Shown: positions 51,171 through 59,968 of the stretch, one piece after another
How positions within the stretch are numbered: the stretch's first letter is position 1
How the letters are laid out: each line of letters begins with the position of its first letter
NCBI GenBank assembly: GCA_913055685.1
Contig: CAJXKC010000001.1
Span: forward strand, 1,395,734-1,459,733
Direction of reading: 5' to 3'
Length of the DNA: 64,000 nt
DNA from: an uncultured Flavobacteriales bacterium
GTDB lineage: Bacteria; Bacteroidota; Bacteroidia; Flavobacteriales; Schleiferiaceae
Made by a program: the position numbers and the translations under genes
The notes under the pieces: generated by a model
What the model was told of the DNA's origin: nothing
What the model saw: the letters and a program-made list of their open reading frames with translations, nothing else
Database searches by the model: none

Positions 51171-52059
51171 TTGCTTCCAATATTTTTTTCGCGGCCTGCT
51201 TGCTTAACTCGTAATCGAAGGCATTAAGAATAGCTTCATCTAGCTTCTTTTTCGGATGTTTTTCCAGGTATGTTTTAAGCAGGTCTAGGCGACTTTGGTC
51301 GTACTTAAAGCTATTTAAAAGCAAAACTATTTGCTCTGAGTCAAGACTTTCTTGACCGATTAATCCTTTGGCCATTTGCAATTTGTCAAATTCAAAATTG
51401 CTGGCCTTGATCTTCGCTAGGGCGGTGGCGAAATTGAAAACTTCTTCTTTTTTTTCCGTTTTCTGTTTGGGCTCAGCTATAGAGATCGAATCGGTGTTCT
51501 GGGCCAGAGTGTTTTGGCTTGTAAGACTGTCTTTAGATGGCATATCCTCTTTTGCTGCTGCCATGGTCTCTTTGTTAATGGGGGTTTCCGCGCTAGCAAT
51601 TGCTTCTTCGCTCTTAATGCTATCCGTTTTAGCGGACTGCTTGGTCTTAAGTTCCTCATCGGGCTGAGCAGCAATAATTACTGGGAACTGATATTTATGC
51701 TCCTTTTTGAAACTGAACATTAGAGCCGATTGGCTTAGCTTATCGAATTCACCGCGATAGCGCAATCGCAGTTTCCCCTTAAAGTCTTCGTAAATGATGT
51801 ATTGATGATTTCCGGCTGGTAGCTTAGGCAAGGCACGGCTAAAATGACGACCATCTTGCATTTCGAAAAAAAGTAATGCTCCATCTTGTGAAAACCCCTT
51901 GAAATTGAGCTTTTCGAGGAATACTTCGTTTTGCAGATAATCATCTACGACTAATTTAAAACCAGTCTTACTTTGGTCTTCAATCATCAATACTGCTTGA
52001 GCCTGAATGTTTTGAAAGCATAGAAGTCCTAAAACAAGGGAGTAGAGGCGTAGGCTCAT
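51157..52059 (-). CDS. DUF4476 domain exported protein
   Basis: Signal peptide; low-complexity linker; C-terminal ASNFEFDKLQMAK...FKYDQSRLDLLK. Confidence 0.75.
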   Translation of the reverse strand: MSLRLYSLVLGLLCFQNIQAQAVLMIEDQSKTGFKLVVDDYLQNEVFLEKLNFKGFSQDGALLFFEMQDGRHFSRALPKLPAGNHQYIIYEDFKGKLRLRYRGEFDKLSQSALMFSFKKEHKYQFPVIIAAQPDEELKTKQSAKTDSIKSEEAIASAETPINKETMAAAKEDMPSKDSLTSQNTLAQNTDSISIAEPKQKTEKKEEVFNFATALAKIKASNFEFDKLQMAKGLIGQESLDSEQIVLLLNSFKYDQSRLDLLKTYLEKHPKKKLDEAILNAFDYELSKQAAKKILEANASK

Positions 52060-52076
52060 TTAATAAAGAATTTGTT

Positions 52077-52111
52077 CAAAGGTAAAACGGATTGTCTTAA
52101 TTATAAATTTG
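52077..52111. promoter_or_regulatory. Back-to-back divergent -7 promoter elements
   Basis: Minus strand TACCTTTG (52077-52084) for DUF4476; plus strand TAAATTTG (52104-52111) for saccharopine dehydrogenase. Confidence 0.6.
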
Positions 52112-52128
52112 TGAGGCAAAACCCTCTT

Positions 52129-53475
52129 ATGAAGCGTATTCTTTTAATCGGCGCTGGCCGTTCTACCTATTCTTTAGTCGAATATATTAAGCAACATCTG
52201 GTATCGGAAGATTGGTTCTTAACCGTAGCCGATCAGGACTTGAACTTGGCGCAGTCTAAAGCTGGATCCTCCGAAAGAAGTGAAGCGGTTTCCTTTGATG
52301 TGACGGATGAAATTTCGAGAGTAAGCGCTATTTCTAAAGCAGATCTGGTTATTAGTATGCTTCCTGCGCACATGCATTTGCCGGTGGCTACCGATTGTAT
52401 TGCCTTGGGAAAACATATGCTTACCGCTTCCTATATAAGTGATGAAATGCGGGCCCTAGATGAACGAGCAAAAGATGCAGGGGTGGTACTGATTAATGAA
52501 ATCGGCGTGGACCCTGGTATCGATCACTTGAGTGCGATGAAGGTTTTAGATGAGGTTAGAACCGCGGGTGGTAAAATGTTATTGTTTGAAAGTTTTACCG
52601 GCGGCTTAGTGGCCCCAGAGTCGGATAATAACCCTTGGAATTACAAATTTACTTGGAACCCTAGAAATGTGGTTTTAGCTGGCAGTGGCGGTGCGGTAAA
52701 GTTTATTCAGGAGGGTAAGTATAAGTACATTCCTTATCATCAAGTATTTAGGCGTACCGAGATGATTAGCATTGAGGGCTACGGTCGTTTTGAGGGCTAT
52801 GCCAATCGCGATTCATTAAAATACCGGGAGGTTTATGGCTTAGAGGATATCCCGACCATTTACCGTGGCACCTTGCGTCGACCAGGATTTTGCCGGGCTT
52901 GGGATACCTTCGTGAAATTGGGAATGACCGATGATTCTTATCGCCTTAATGGGGTCGAAGAAATGACTTACCGCGATTTCACCAATCTCTTCCTCGCTTA
53001 CAATTTGCACGATTCAGTAGAGCTAAAGCTGATGCATTACCTTAATATTCCCCAGGATAGCGAGTTAATGGATAAATTGACTTGGTTAGGCATTTTCTCT
53101 GATACCAAAATTGGCCTACATAATCCAACTCCGGCTCAGGTCCTACAAAAGATCTTGGAGGACAAATGGACCTTGGATGAGGGTGACAAAGACATGATTG
53201 TAATGTTCCATAAGTTCGGCTACGAACTGAATGGCGAAAAGCGCATGATTGAGTCCAGTATGGTGACCTTAGGTAAAGATGCTAATGAAACGGCTATGGC
53301 AAGAACTGTTGGTTTGCCTTTAGCCATCGCGGCCCGACATATCCTGAATGGTAAAATCCATAGTCCGGGGGTGCAAATTCCCATTAGCCAAGAAATTTAC
53401 CGTCCGATGTTGAAGGAATTAGCGGACTATGGTATTAGCTTCCAGGAAAAGGAGACGCCGTATAAAGGGTATTAA
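52129..53475 (+). CDS. Saccharopine dehydrogenase family protein
   Basis: Start moved to ATG 52129 (MKRILLIGAGRS); VISMLP, NEIGVDPGIDH, YKFTWNP, AMARTVGLP. Confidence 0.93.
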   Translation: MKRILLIGAGRSTYSLVEYIKQHLVSEDWFLTVADQDLNLAQSKAGSSERSEAVSFDVTDEISRVSAISKADLVISMLPAHMHLPVATDCIALGKHMLTASYISDEMRALDERAKDAGVVLINEIGVDPGIDHLSAMKVLDEVRTAGGKMLLFESFTGGLVAPESDNNPWNYKFTWNPRNVVLAGSGGAVKFIQEGKYKYIPYHQVFRRTEMISIEGYGRFEGYANRDSLKYREVYGLEDIPTIYRGTLRRPGFCRAWDTFVKLGMTDDSYRLNGVEEMTYRDFTNLFLAYNLHDSVELKLMHYLNIPQDSELMDKLTWLGIFSDTKIGLHNPTPAQVLQKILEDKWTLDEGDKDMIVMFHKFGYELNGEKRMIESSMVTLGKDANETAMARTVGLPLAIAARHILNGKIHSPGVQIPISQEIYRPMLKELADYGISFQEKETPYKGY

Positions 53476-53690
53476 TCCTCTCTAGTTTGGTGCCCCAATA
53501 AAGCATAAGCTAGACTACCTAAAAAAGGAACAAGAACGATTATTAGTACCCAGTAAACCCGCCAAGCTCCGGGGAAATTCCGATTACGGATATCCAATAG
53601 CGCCAAGATCGGTGCGAGGATAACGATACCGATAATAATTAGTAGGGTTGAGAAAGCAAAGACACCAGACATGCAAAGGATTTTTAGCAA
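53472..53690 (-). CDS. Small membrane protein, PLDc N-terminal domain
   Basis: LLDIRNR...WVLIIVLVPFLGSLAYALLG; true start may be ATG 53672. Confidence 0.8.
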   Translation of the reverse strand: MLKILCMSGVFAFSTLLIIIGIVILAPILALLDIRNRNFPGAWRVYWVLIIVLVPFLGSLAYALLGHQTRED

Positions 53691-53706
53691 GCTAGGAAGA
53701 ATTTAA

Positions 53707-54417
53707 TTATTGGTCAAGCAGGAAGTCTTTACAAAGCCTTTGATAAGCATCGCTGCGCATTATACCGTCTTCCACATAAAGATCCATTTCGGTGGCGAGC
53801 GGCTCAATTTCTTTTTGACTTAGTTCGATTAAAACCCGCTTATAGTCCTTGCCTTTTTGATGTCTTACCTTGCAGATGCGTTTTACAGAAAATCCTAGAT
53901 CAAATATGGCCGGCCGATTTATTTGCCAGCTAGTACTCGGTAGAATTAAGGCCAGGGTGCCATCTGCATTAAGCTGTTTTTTTAGAATGCTTAAATAGTT
54001 AATTAATTTACCTGGTTCTATCGTCCTTGCTTGGGCTCGGCGCTGGTCAGGGGCGCTGGTATCCGCTTCGAAATAGGGCGGGTTACTAATAATGAGATCG
54101 TATTTCCGCGGAAGCTCTATTGACTCAAGTTCGCCCAATAAAAAGTGTATAGAATGGGCCAGGGGAAATTGTTCCAAGTTGTGCAAGCTTTCGGTGAAAG
54201 ATGCAGTATCCTTTTCCAGTCCGTGGATTTGCATTTTTGGAAAACGCTGGGCGAGGATAAAAGCGATTAATCCACAGCCACTGCCAAAGTCCAATATCGA
54301 TTGAGCCTTTGATGCATCTACCCAGGTAGCAAGCAAAATACCATCGGTGCCAATTTTATGCGCCGATGCACTATGTTGAAGATTAAATTTCTTGAATTGA
54401 AAGGCTTTAGCCTTCAT
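53707..54417 (-). CDS. tRNA1(Val) adenine(37)-N6 methyltransferase (YfiC/TrmN6-like)
   Basis: FQFKKF, KIGTDGILL, LDFGSGCG, IISNPPYF. Confidence 0.9.
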   Translation of the reverse strand: MKAKAFQFKKFNLQHSASAHKIGTDGILLATWVDASKAQSILDFGSGCGLIAFILAQRFPKMQIHGLEKDTASFTESLHNLEQFPLAHSIHFLLGELESIELPRKYDLIISNPPYFEADTSAPDQRRAQARTIEPGKLINYLSILKKQLNADGTLALILPSTSWQINRPAIFDLGFSVKRICKVRHQKGKDYKRVLIELSQKEIEPLATEMDLYVEDGIMRSDAYQRLCKDFLLDQ

Positions 54418-54940
54418 TGGAAAGGTAAAGTTCTACCAACCCTTCGGGCAAGCGAAGCTTAATTTCTTCTTTTTCCCGATCGATTGACTCGATGAACTCG
54501 TCAATTGCCGGTACCAAGACTTCTTGGCCTTGAGCATCAATTTGAAAGAGTACTTGGGCGCTGTTGTCTAATACCGCTTTGCAATGGCCTATTAACTGGC
54601 CTTCGCTAATCATTTTAAAACCAATGATTTCGTGGTAATAAAAGCTTTTGCCTTCCAGTTTAGGTAAGGCGGAGAGCGGCAGCCATAATTCGCTATTGAT
54701 GAGCTTTTGCGCTTCGGCCTCGGTATTTATATCCTCAAACTTAAGGATGAAATGGCCTTTGGAATTCTGACTTTGCTCTTCAATAAAAAAAGGAATCAGT
54801 TCGTCATCCCAATCGATGAGAACTGATTCCAAGTTTTGATAAGCTTGTGGTCGGTCGGTGTCAAAAACCCCGATAACCGATCCTTTAAAACCATGTAAGC
54901 GACTGATGTGGCCTAGTTGAAAACAATCTTCCTTCCGCAT
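54407..54940 (-). CDS. rimM: 16S rRNA processing protein RimM
   Basis: GHISRLHGFKG, FYYHEIIG, EVLVPA, LPEGL; downstream of rpsP. Confidence 0.96.
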   Translation of the reverse strand: MRKEDCFQLGHISRLHGFKGSVIGVFDTDRPQAYQNLESVLIDWDDELIPFFIEEQSQNSKGHFILKFEDINTEAEAQKLINSELWLPLSALPKLEGKSFYYHEIIGFKMISEGQLIGHCKAVLDNSAQVLFQIDAQGQEVLVPAIDEFIESIDREKEEIKLRLPEGLVELYLSNEG

Positions 54941-54954
54941 CAGACGGCTTTGGT

Positions 54955-55551
54955 TTATGCTTCTTTGGTGTCTTCGCTAGCTTCTTCAGCTGGAGCTTCC
55001 TCTGCTGGAGTCTCCTCTGCAGCAGCTTCGGTAGCTGGAGCTTCTTCGGCAGCGGCCTCAGTAGCTTCTTCTACTTCCTCTTCAGCAGGAGCTTCTTCTT
55101 CAGCTGGAGTATTAGCAGCGATACGAGCCTCATTAGCGGCGCGCTCTGCTTCTAATGCCTTTGCTTTAGCTTCTTCTTGAGCTTTGCTTAAACCTTCTTT
55201 TTTAGCGTCGATCTTGCCTACTTTTTCTTCTAGCCAAGCTTCGAAACGCTTTTCTGCCTCAGCTTCATCAAAAGCACCCTTCTTTACACCTTCTAACAAG
55301 TGTTTTTTGTGAAGTACACCTTTGTAGCTTAAAATCGCACGAGCAGTGTCGGTAGGTTGAGCACCTTTCATCATCCAATCCAAAGCACTGTCGAAGTTTA
55401 ATTCGATAGTGGCAGGGTTGGTGTTAGGGTTGTACTGACCTAAACGCTCGATGATTTTACCATCACGCTTTACACGAGAATCGGCTACTACGATGGTGAA
55501 GATAGGGCGACCTTTGCGGCCGTGGCGTTGCAAACGAATTTTTGTTGCCAT
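54955..55551 (-). CDS. rpsP: 30S ribosomal protein S16, long form with acidic tail
   Basis: [35 protein letters not shown]. Confidence 0.99.
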   Translation of the reverse strand: MATKIRLQRHGRKGRPIFTIVVADSRVKRDGKIIERLGQYNPNTNPATIELNFDSALDWMMKGAQPTDTARAILSYKGVLHKKHLLEGVKKGAFDEAEAEKRFEAWLEEKVGKIDAKKEGLSKAQEEAKAKALEAERAANEARIAANTPAEEEAPAEEEVEEATEAAAEEAPATEAAAEETPAEEAPAEEASEDTKEA

Positions 55552-55601
55552 GATTAATTGTTAAAGGGTTCTCGACCCGATTAATTAATTTTTAAGGGCG
55601 G

Positions 55602-55609
55602 CAAAGATA
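55602..55609 (-). promoter_or_regulatory. -7 promoter element for rpsP-rimM
   Basis: Minus strand TATCTTTG. Confidence 0.75.
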
Positions 55610-55652
55610 GCTAATTATTTGATGTTCAAATAGCGAAAGCCTTTTTATTAAA

Positions 55653-56435
55653 TTATTTCGCTAAAGCTAAAATTCTTTTAGCACCTCTTAGTACTAGCAC
55701 AAAAATAAAACTTCCTACTAGGAGGTCGGGCCAGGCGGCATTAAAATAATGGACCAGTAAGGCACTGAGGATTACGCCAAGGTTAATTAGGATATCATTG
55801 GAAGTAAAAATCATACTGGCCTTCATAGCCGCTTTCTCGGATCGGCTGGCGCGCAATAGGTAAAGGCTAATGCCATTGGCTATTAAGGCTAGGGAGGATA
55901 TCCAAATCATGGTCGAAATATCGGGTGCTGCTTCGGCGCCCAGCACTCTTCGTAGCACTTCAGCAAAGCCTAGTAAAGCAAGCAGTATTTGAAAATAGCC
56001 AGCACTTTTGGCAACTGACTTCTGACTTTCCAATCCCTTGTTAAGAGCCCAAAGGCTTAATCCATAGACAAGGGCGTCGGCTAGCATATCTAGCCCATCC
56101 GCCGCAAGGCCCATACTACCCGACCAGAAAGAGGCAATGATTTCGATTAAAAAGAAACTAAAGTTTAGGATTAATACGCTAATTAAACTCGACCTTTCTT
56201 TGCTATTCGCGGTGCTAATTTGTGCCGTTTCTTCATCTTTTAACCAGCTACTGCCCAAGTTTAACTCCTCTAATCGAGTACTTATTTCTTGGCTTTCGCC
56301 GGAATGGTATACCCAAAGTTCCCGTCTTTCAAAATCGGCTTCAAGGTTTTGGGCCTTCGCTCCTAACTTTAGTTTAATCAGGTTTAGTTCGGAGGGGCAG
56401 TCCATTTCCGACACTTTGTAAAGACTGCGAATCAT
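55653..56435 (-). CDS. Cation transporter (CDF family) with N-terminal HMA-like domain
   Basis: MDCPSE metal motif; SMGLAADGLDMLAD, SNDILIN, WPDLLVG. Confidence 0.85.
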   Translation of the reverse strand: MIRSLYKVSEMDCPSELNLIKLKLGAKAQNLEADFERRELWVYHSGESQEISTRLEELNLGSSWLKDEETAQISTANSKERSSLISVLILNFSFFLIEIIASFWSGSMGLAADGLDMLADALVYGLSLWALNKGLESQKSVAKSAGYFQILLALLGFAEVLRRVLGAEAAPDISTMIWISSLALIANGISLYLLRASRSEKAAMKASMIFTSNDILINLGVILSALLVHYFNAAWPDLLVGSFIFVLVLRGAKRILALAK

Positions 56436-57295
56436 TTCTTTTCTTCGAAATAAGATTCATAGGCATTTCGCCCTACCTTAATAAGTTCCTTCGATTTGTG
56501 GAAGTCAAAAACGCCGCAGGTACTGCGAGGGATTTGAATCAAAACATCGGGTTTATATTCGGCTACATCTCTTTTGATTAGCCTATTTTGCATGTGCTCG
56601 TAGCTCGTCTGAATTACATCAATGAGACCGGGATCGGTATTGTCATCTTTCTTAAAGAAGGGCCAATTGATACTTAACCAGCTGTTGTCTTTATAATTGC
56701 TTTGATCCTTCTTCATCACCTTTGGTTTGGGACCAGGAGCATTAATGTCTACTGCCACCAATTTATGATTGGCCTTTACTTTAACTTGGTTTAGTGGCAG
56801 CGGGTTAATAACCCCACCGTCTACTAAAAAGTGTTTTGAATCAGAATCGTATTTCACCGGAGTAAAAATGCCGGGTATGGAAATAGATGCTCTTAAGGCC
56901 TTATACAGATCGCCCTTATCGAAAACCACTTCCTCGCCGCTATGCAGGTCGGTCGCCACAGCTTTAAAAGGAATTTTTAAATCCTCAATTTTTTGCGGAC
57001 CGATTAAATCGGTGATGGTGCTAAAAACCTTTTCCCCTTTTACAAAGCCATGTTTGGCAAAGGTGAAGTCCAATTGACGAAAAACATCAGAACGTTGCAG
57101 ATCCAATAACCATTCTTTATAATCCTGAAGTTTCCCTGCAGCGTATAATCCGCCAATTACCGCTCCCATTGAGCAGCCAGCAATTTCTACAATTTCATTG
57201 CCATCTTCTAATAAGCCTTCGATTACTCCAATGTGAGCTACTCCTCGGGCCCCTCCAGAGGCAAGAACCAGGTGTATTTTTTCGTTTTTTAGCAT
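56432..57295 (-). CDS. Patatin-like phospholipase
   Basis: SGGARG, GCSMG nucleophile elbow, RASISIPG, VDGG. Confidence 0.93.
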   Translation of the reverse strand: MLKNEKIHLVLASGGARGVAHIGVIEGLLEDGNEIVEIAGCSMGAVIGGLYAAGKLQDYKEWLLDLQRSDVFRQLDFTFAKHGFVKGEKVFSTITDLIGPQKIEDLKIPFKAVATDLHSGEEVVFDKGDLYKALRASISIPGIFTPVKYDSDSKHFLVDGGVINPLPLNQVKVKANHKLVAVDINAPGPKPKVMKKDQSNYKDNSWLSINWPFFKKDDNTDPGLIDVIQTSYEHMQNRLIKRDVAEYKPDVLIQIPRSTCGVFDFHKSKELIKVGRNAYESYFEEKK

Positions 57296-57299
57296 TTCA

Positions 57300-57307
57300 C
57301 AAATTTA
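57300..57307 (-). promoter_or_regulatory. -7 promoter element 4 nt upstream of the patatin ATG (leaderless candidate)
   Basis: Minus strand TAAATTTG-TGAA-ATG. Confidence 0.6.
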
Positions 57308-57342
57308 AAATTTGACCGCTCAATCACTAGGGCTAAGTAAAC

Positions 57343-59241
57343 ATGTTTTATATTCAAGCGCATTTTATGACTCGAAAACTCACTTTCTTTTTGCTACTCC
57401 TGCATTTTGCCGCTCTGGGCGGAGAGTTGAGTATTCAGGATTCTTTATTGCGCTATCATCCAGCAGAATTGAAACCGGAACTTGAGCTGGCTTTAGAACA
57501 TGACCCTGGTATAGAGAGTTTTTCCTTACTGCTAGAGGCAGAGATAAATTTGGGAGAATACTTTTATGCCGATTCTATTTACGATCTCTATTTCGATGCC
57601 CTGACCGTTAATCAAGATATTGAGAAAACGGTGGAATTGCTGTTATTGGCGGCCCAGTTAAACAAGATACAGCAGCGTAATAACCTAGCCCTTAGTCAGT
57701 ACCAAAAGTGTTTAGATTATTATCGATCCATAAATGATTGGGAAGGCGAGGGGAATGTAATTACAAAGCTAGGTGAGTTTTACCGCAGTAGTACGCAGTA
57801 TGAAGATGGCATGCGGATTTTAAACAGCCTCATTGAAGATCCTCGTTTTGAGGAATTAAGTCCTCGCACCAAGGCGGCTGCCTTTCACCGCTTAGCGGCC
57901 ATATACAACGAAGGGACGCAAAATTTCCGCGCAAGTATCGATGCGAGTCGTCGGGCCCTTTATTACTCAGAGGCGAATAATGCCCTTGACCAAATGGCCA
58001 CTTCATATTTAGAGATCGGTTACACCTATTTTAATCGTGGTGATTCGCGATGCATCAATTATTTCCGCAAGGCGATGAGCGTTTGGCAGCAATTAGGCTA
58101 CGGTCATTATATTGCCAACACCCACCTCAATATTGCCTCTTATTTCGTGGATGTTAAACAGATAGACAGCGCTGAGTATCATTTAGGGCGAGCCATGGAG
58201 GTTGCCACTAACCATAAGCTACCGGGCTTCTTTGCCTTATTACTAAGTCGGCTGAGTCAGGTTTTATACGAGAAAGGTGAGTATAAAAGAGCTTTTGAAT
58301 TAAGAGACTCGGCTGCAGAATTACGCTTGCAGGATGTGCGTATACAGTTTGACATGGACTTAAGGGAAAGTGTGAAGAAGTATCAGTACGATTTAACCCT
58401 TACCAAATTAAAAACGGCGGAGAAGGAAAGGCAGCTTATTGCGGAAGAGGCGAGAGCCGAGCAGCAAAGTAATCGCTATTTGATGGCGAGTTTAATTTCA
58501 ATGTCCATCATTAGCTTGTTACTCATTTACCTCTACCGCCAGATTCGAGTCGGTAATAAAAAACTCACCCGTCAGTCGGCGATAATCACCAAGCAAAATG
58601 ACGATCTTTCTAAGGCCTTAGCTCAGAAGGATATCCTCCTCAAGGAAGTGCATCATCGAGTTAAGAACAACTTACAAATGATTATTAGCCTATTGGAGAT
58701 GCAGGAAATGGGCTTAGAAGACCCTATTGTTTCCGATGCGCTAAAGGATAGTGTTTTACGCCGTATTTCGGCCATGGCTCTGGTGCATGAGCATTTGTAT
58801 AGTCAGAGTGATTTAAGCTATTTACAAGCCAATGAGTACCTAAAACAATTGGTAAAGCAATCTCGTGTTTTGTCTAACCCTCGCGGCTTGCCGGTTTTAT
58901 ACAAGCTCGATCTAGAACCCTGTAGTCTTAGCATTGGGAGAAGTGTAGCACTGGGAATGATATTATCGGAACTTCTTTCTAATTCTCATAAATATGCATT
59001 CGAGCCTAGCCAGACTAATCCTACTATTCGAGTAGAATTAAAACAAGATCCGGAGGATGAGAATTTGTTCAGTTTTTTTTACTCCGATAATGGCAAGGGA
59101 CTAGGGGAAGAAATAAAGGAAGGTCTTGGAACTAAGCTTATTGAGATATTCGCAAAACAACTAGAGGCAGATATCAATATCTTTGGAGATAATTACGGCT
59201 ACCGCATTCATTTGAAATTCTACCGGAACTTTGAAAACTAA
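57343..59241 (+). CDS. Sensor histidine kinase (HisKA_2-type), TPR sensor domain
   Basis: Signal peptide (start may be ATG 57367); TPR-like helices; TM; EVHHRVKNNLQ, ELLSNSHKYAF, YSDNGKG, GLGTKL. Confidence 0.92.
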   Translation: MFYIQAHFMTRKLTFFLLLLHFAALGGELSIQDSLLRYHPAELKPELELALEHDPGIESFSLLLEAEINLGEYFYADSIYDLYFDALTVNQDIEKTVELLLLAAQLNKIQQRNNLALSQYQKCLDYYRSINDWEGEGNVITKLGEFYRSSTQYEDGMRILNSLIEDPRFEELSPRTKAAAFHRLAAIYNEGTQNFRASIDASRRALYYSEANNALDQMATSYLEIGYTYFNRGDSRCINYFRKAMSVWQQLGYGHYIANTHLNIASYFVDVKQIDSAEYHLGRAMEVATNHKLPGFFALLLSRLSQVLYEKGEYKRAFELRDSAAELRLQDVRIQFDMDLRESVKKYQYDLTLTKLKTAEKERQLIAEEARAEQQSNRYLMASLISMSIISLLLIYLYRQIRVGNKKLTRQSAIITKQNDDLSKALAQKDILLKEVHHRVKNNLQMIISLLEMQEMGLEDPIVSDALKDSVLRRISAMALVHEHLYSQSDLSYLQANEYLKQLVKQSRVLSNPRGLPVLYKLDLEPCSLSIGRSVALGMILSELLSNSHKYAFEPSQTNPTIRVELKQDPEDENLFSFFYSDNGKGLGEEIKEGLGTKLIEIFAKQLEADINIFGDNYGYRIHLKFYRNFEN

Positions 59242-59914
59242 TAGGATATTAATTGTGGAGGATGAGGTGCTTATTGCAGAGCACCTTTCGAGGATTTTAC
59301 AAAGTCAGGGGTTTAAGTATGTTCATACGGTACATCGCTATACCAAGGCCTTAGAAATTTTAAAAGAACAGAAATTTGATTTAGCTCTTTTGGATATTAA
59401 TTTGGAGAGTCAGACGGAAGGGGTGGAGATTGCCAAGTTAATTGAGCGAGAATATAAATTCCCTTACATCTTCATTACTGCGCAAACCGATCCCATCGTT
59501 CTAGGAATGGCGGTTAAGCTGCAACCAAAAGCTTTTATTTCAAAGCCCTTTAATAAGGTAGACGTAGCCATGGCGGTTGAGTTAGCCTTAGGCGGGGAAG
59601 GAGAGAAAGAGGACTATTTAGTCTTCAAAGATGGCTGGACCACTATTAAGTTGCCGCATTCTCATATTTATTGGGCCGAGGCAGATGGTAATTACATTCA
59701 TTTGCACTGCAAGGATAAGAACTATACCGTACGCTATTCACTAAGTTGGTTGGAGTCGGTTTTGGATGATACCACATTTGTGAAAGTCCATCGCTCACGC
59801 TTAATAAATCTTCGTTTGGTTGAATCACTCGAGGCAGATAAGGTCTATCTAAAAGGTCAAGAAATCGGCATATCCAAGTCCGGTTACCAGCGTTTAAAGT
59901 CACTATTGGGTTAA
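59231..59914 (+). CDS. LytTR family response regulator
   Basis: REC domain (IVEDE, LLDINL, FITAQ, KPF); LytTR domain (EADGNY, FVKVHRSRLINL). Confidence 0.93.
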   Translation: MKTNRILIVEDEVLIAEHLSRILQSQGFKYVHTVHRYTKALEILKEQKFDLALLDINLESQTEGVEIAKLIEREYKFPYIFITAQTDPIVLGMAVKLQPKAFISKPFNKVDVAMAVELALGGEGEKEDYLVFKDGWTTIKLPHSHIYWAEADGNYIHLHCKDKNYTVRYSLSWLESVLDDTTFVKVHRSRLINLRLVESLEADKVYLKGQEIGISKSGYQRLKSLLG

Positions 59915-59942
59915 AAAAAAAGCCGGTCCCAATGGAACCGGC
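59913..59942 (-). terminator. Intrinsic terminator after the GH31 gene
   Basis: Minus strand GCCGGTTCC-ATT-GGGACCGGC then T9. Confidence 0.88.
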
Positions 59943-59968
59943 CCTCACCTCTCAAAAAAGCGCGCTAT

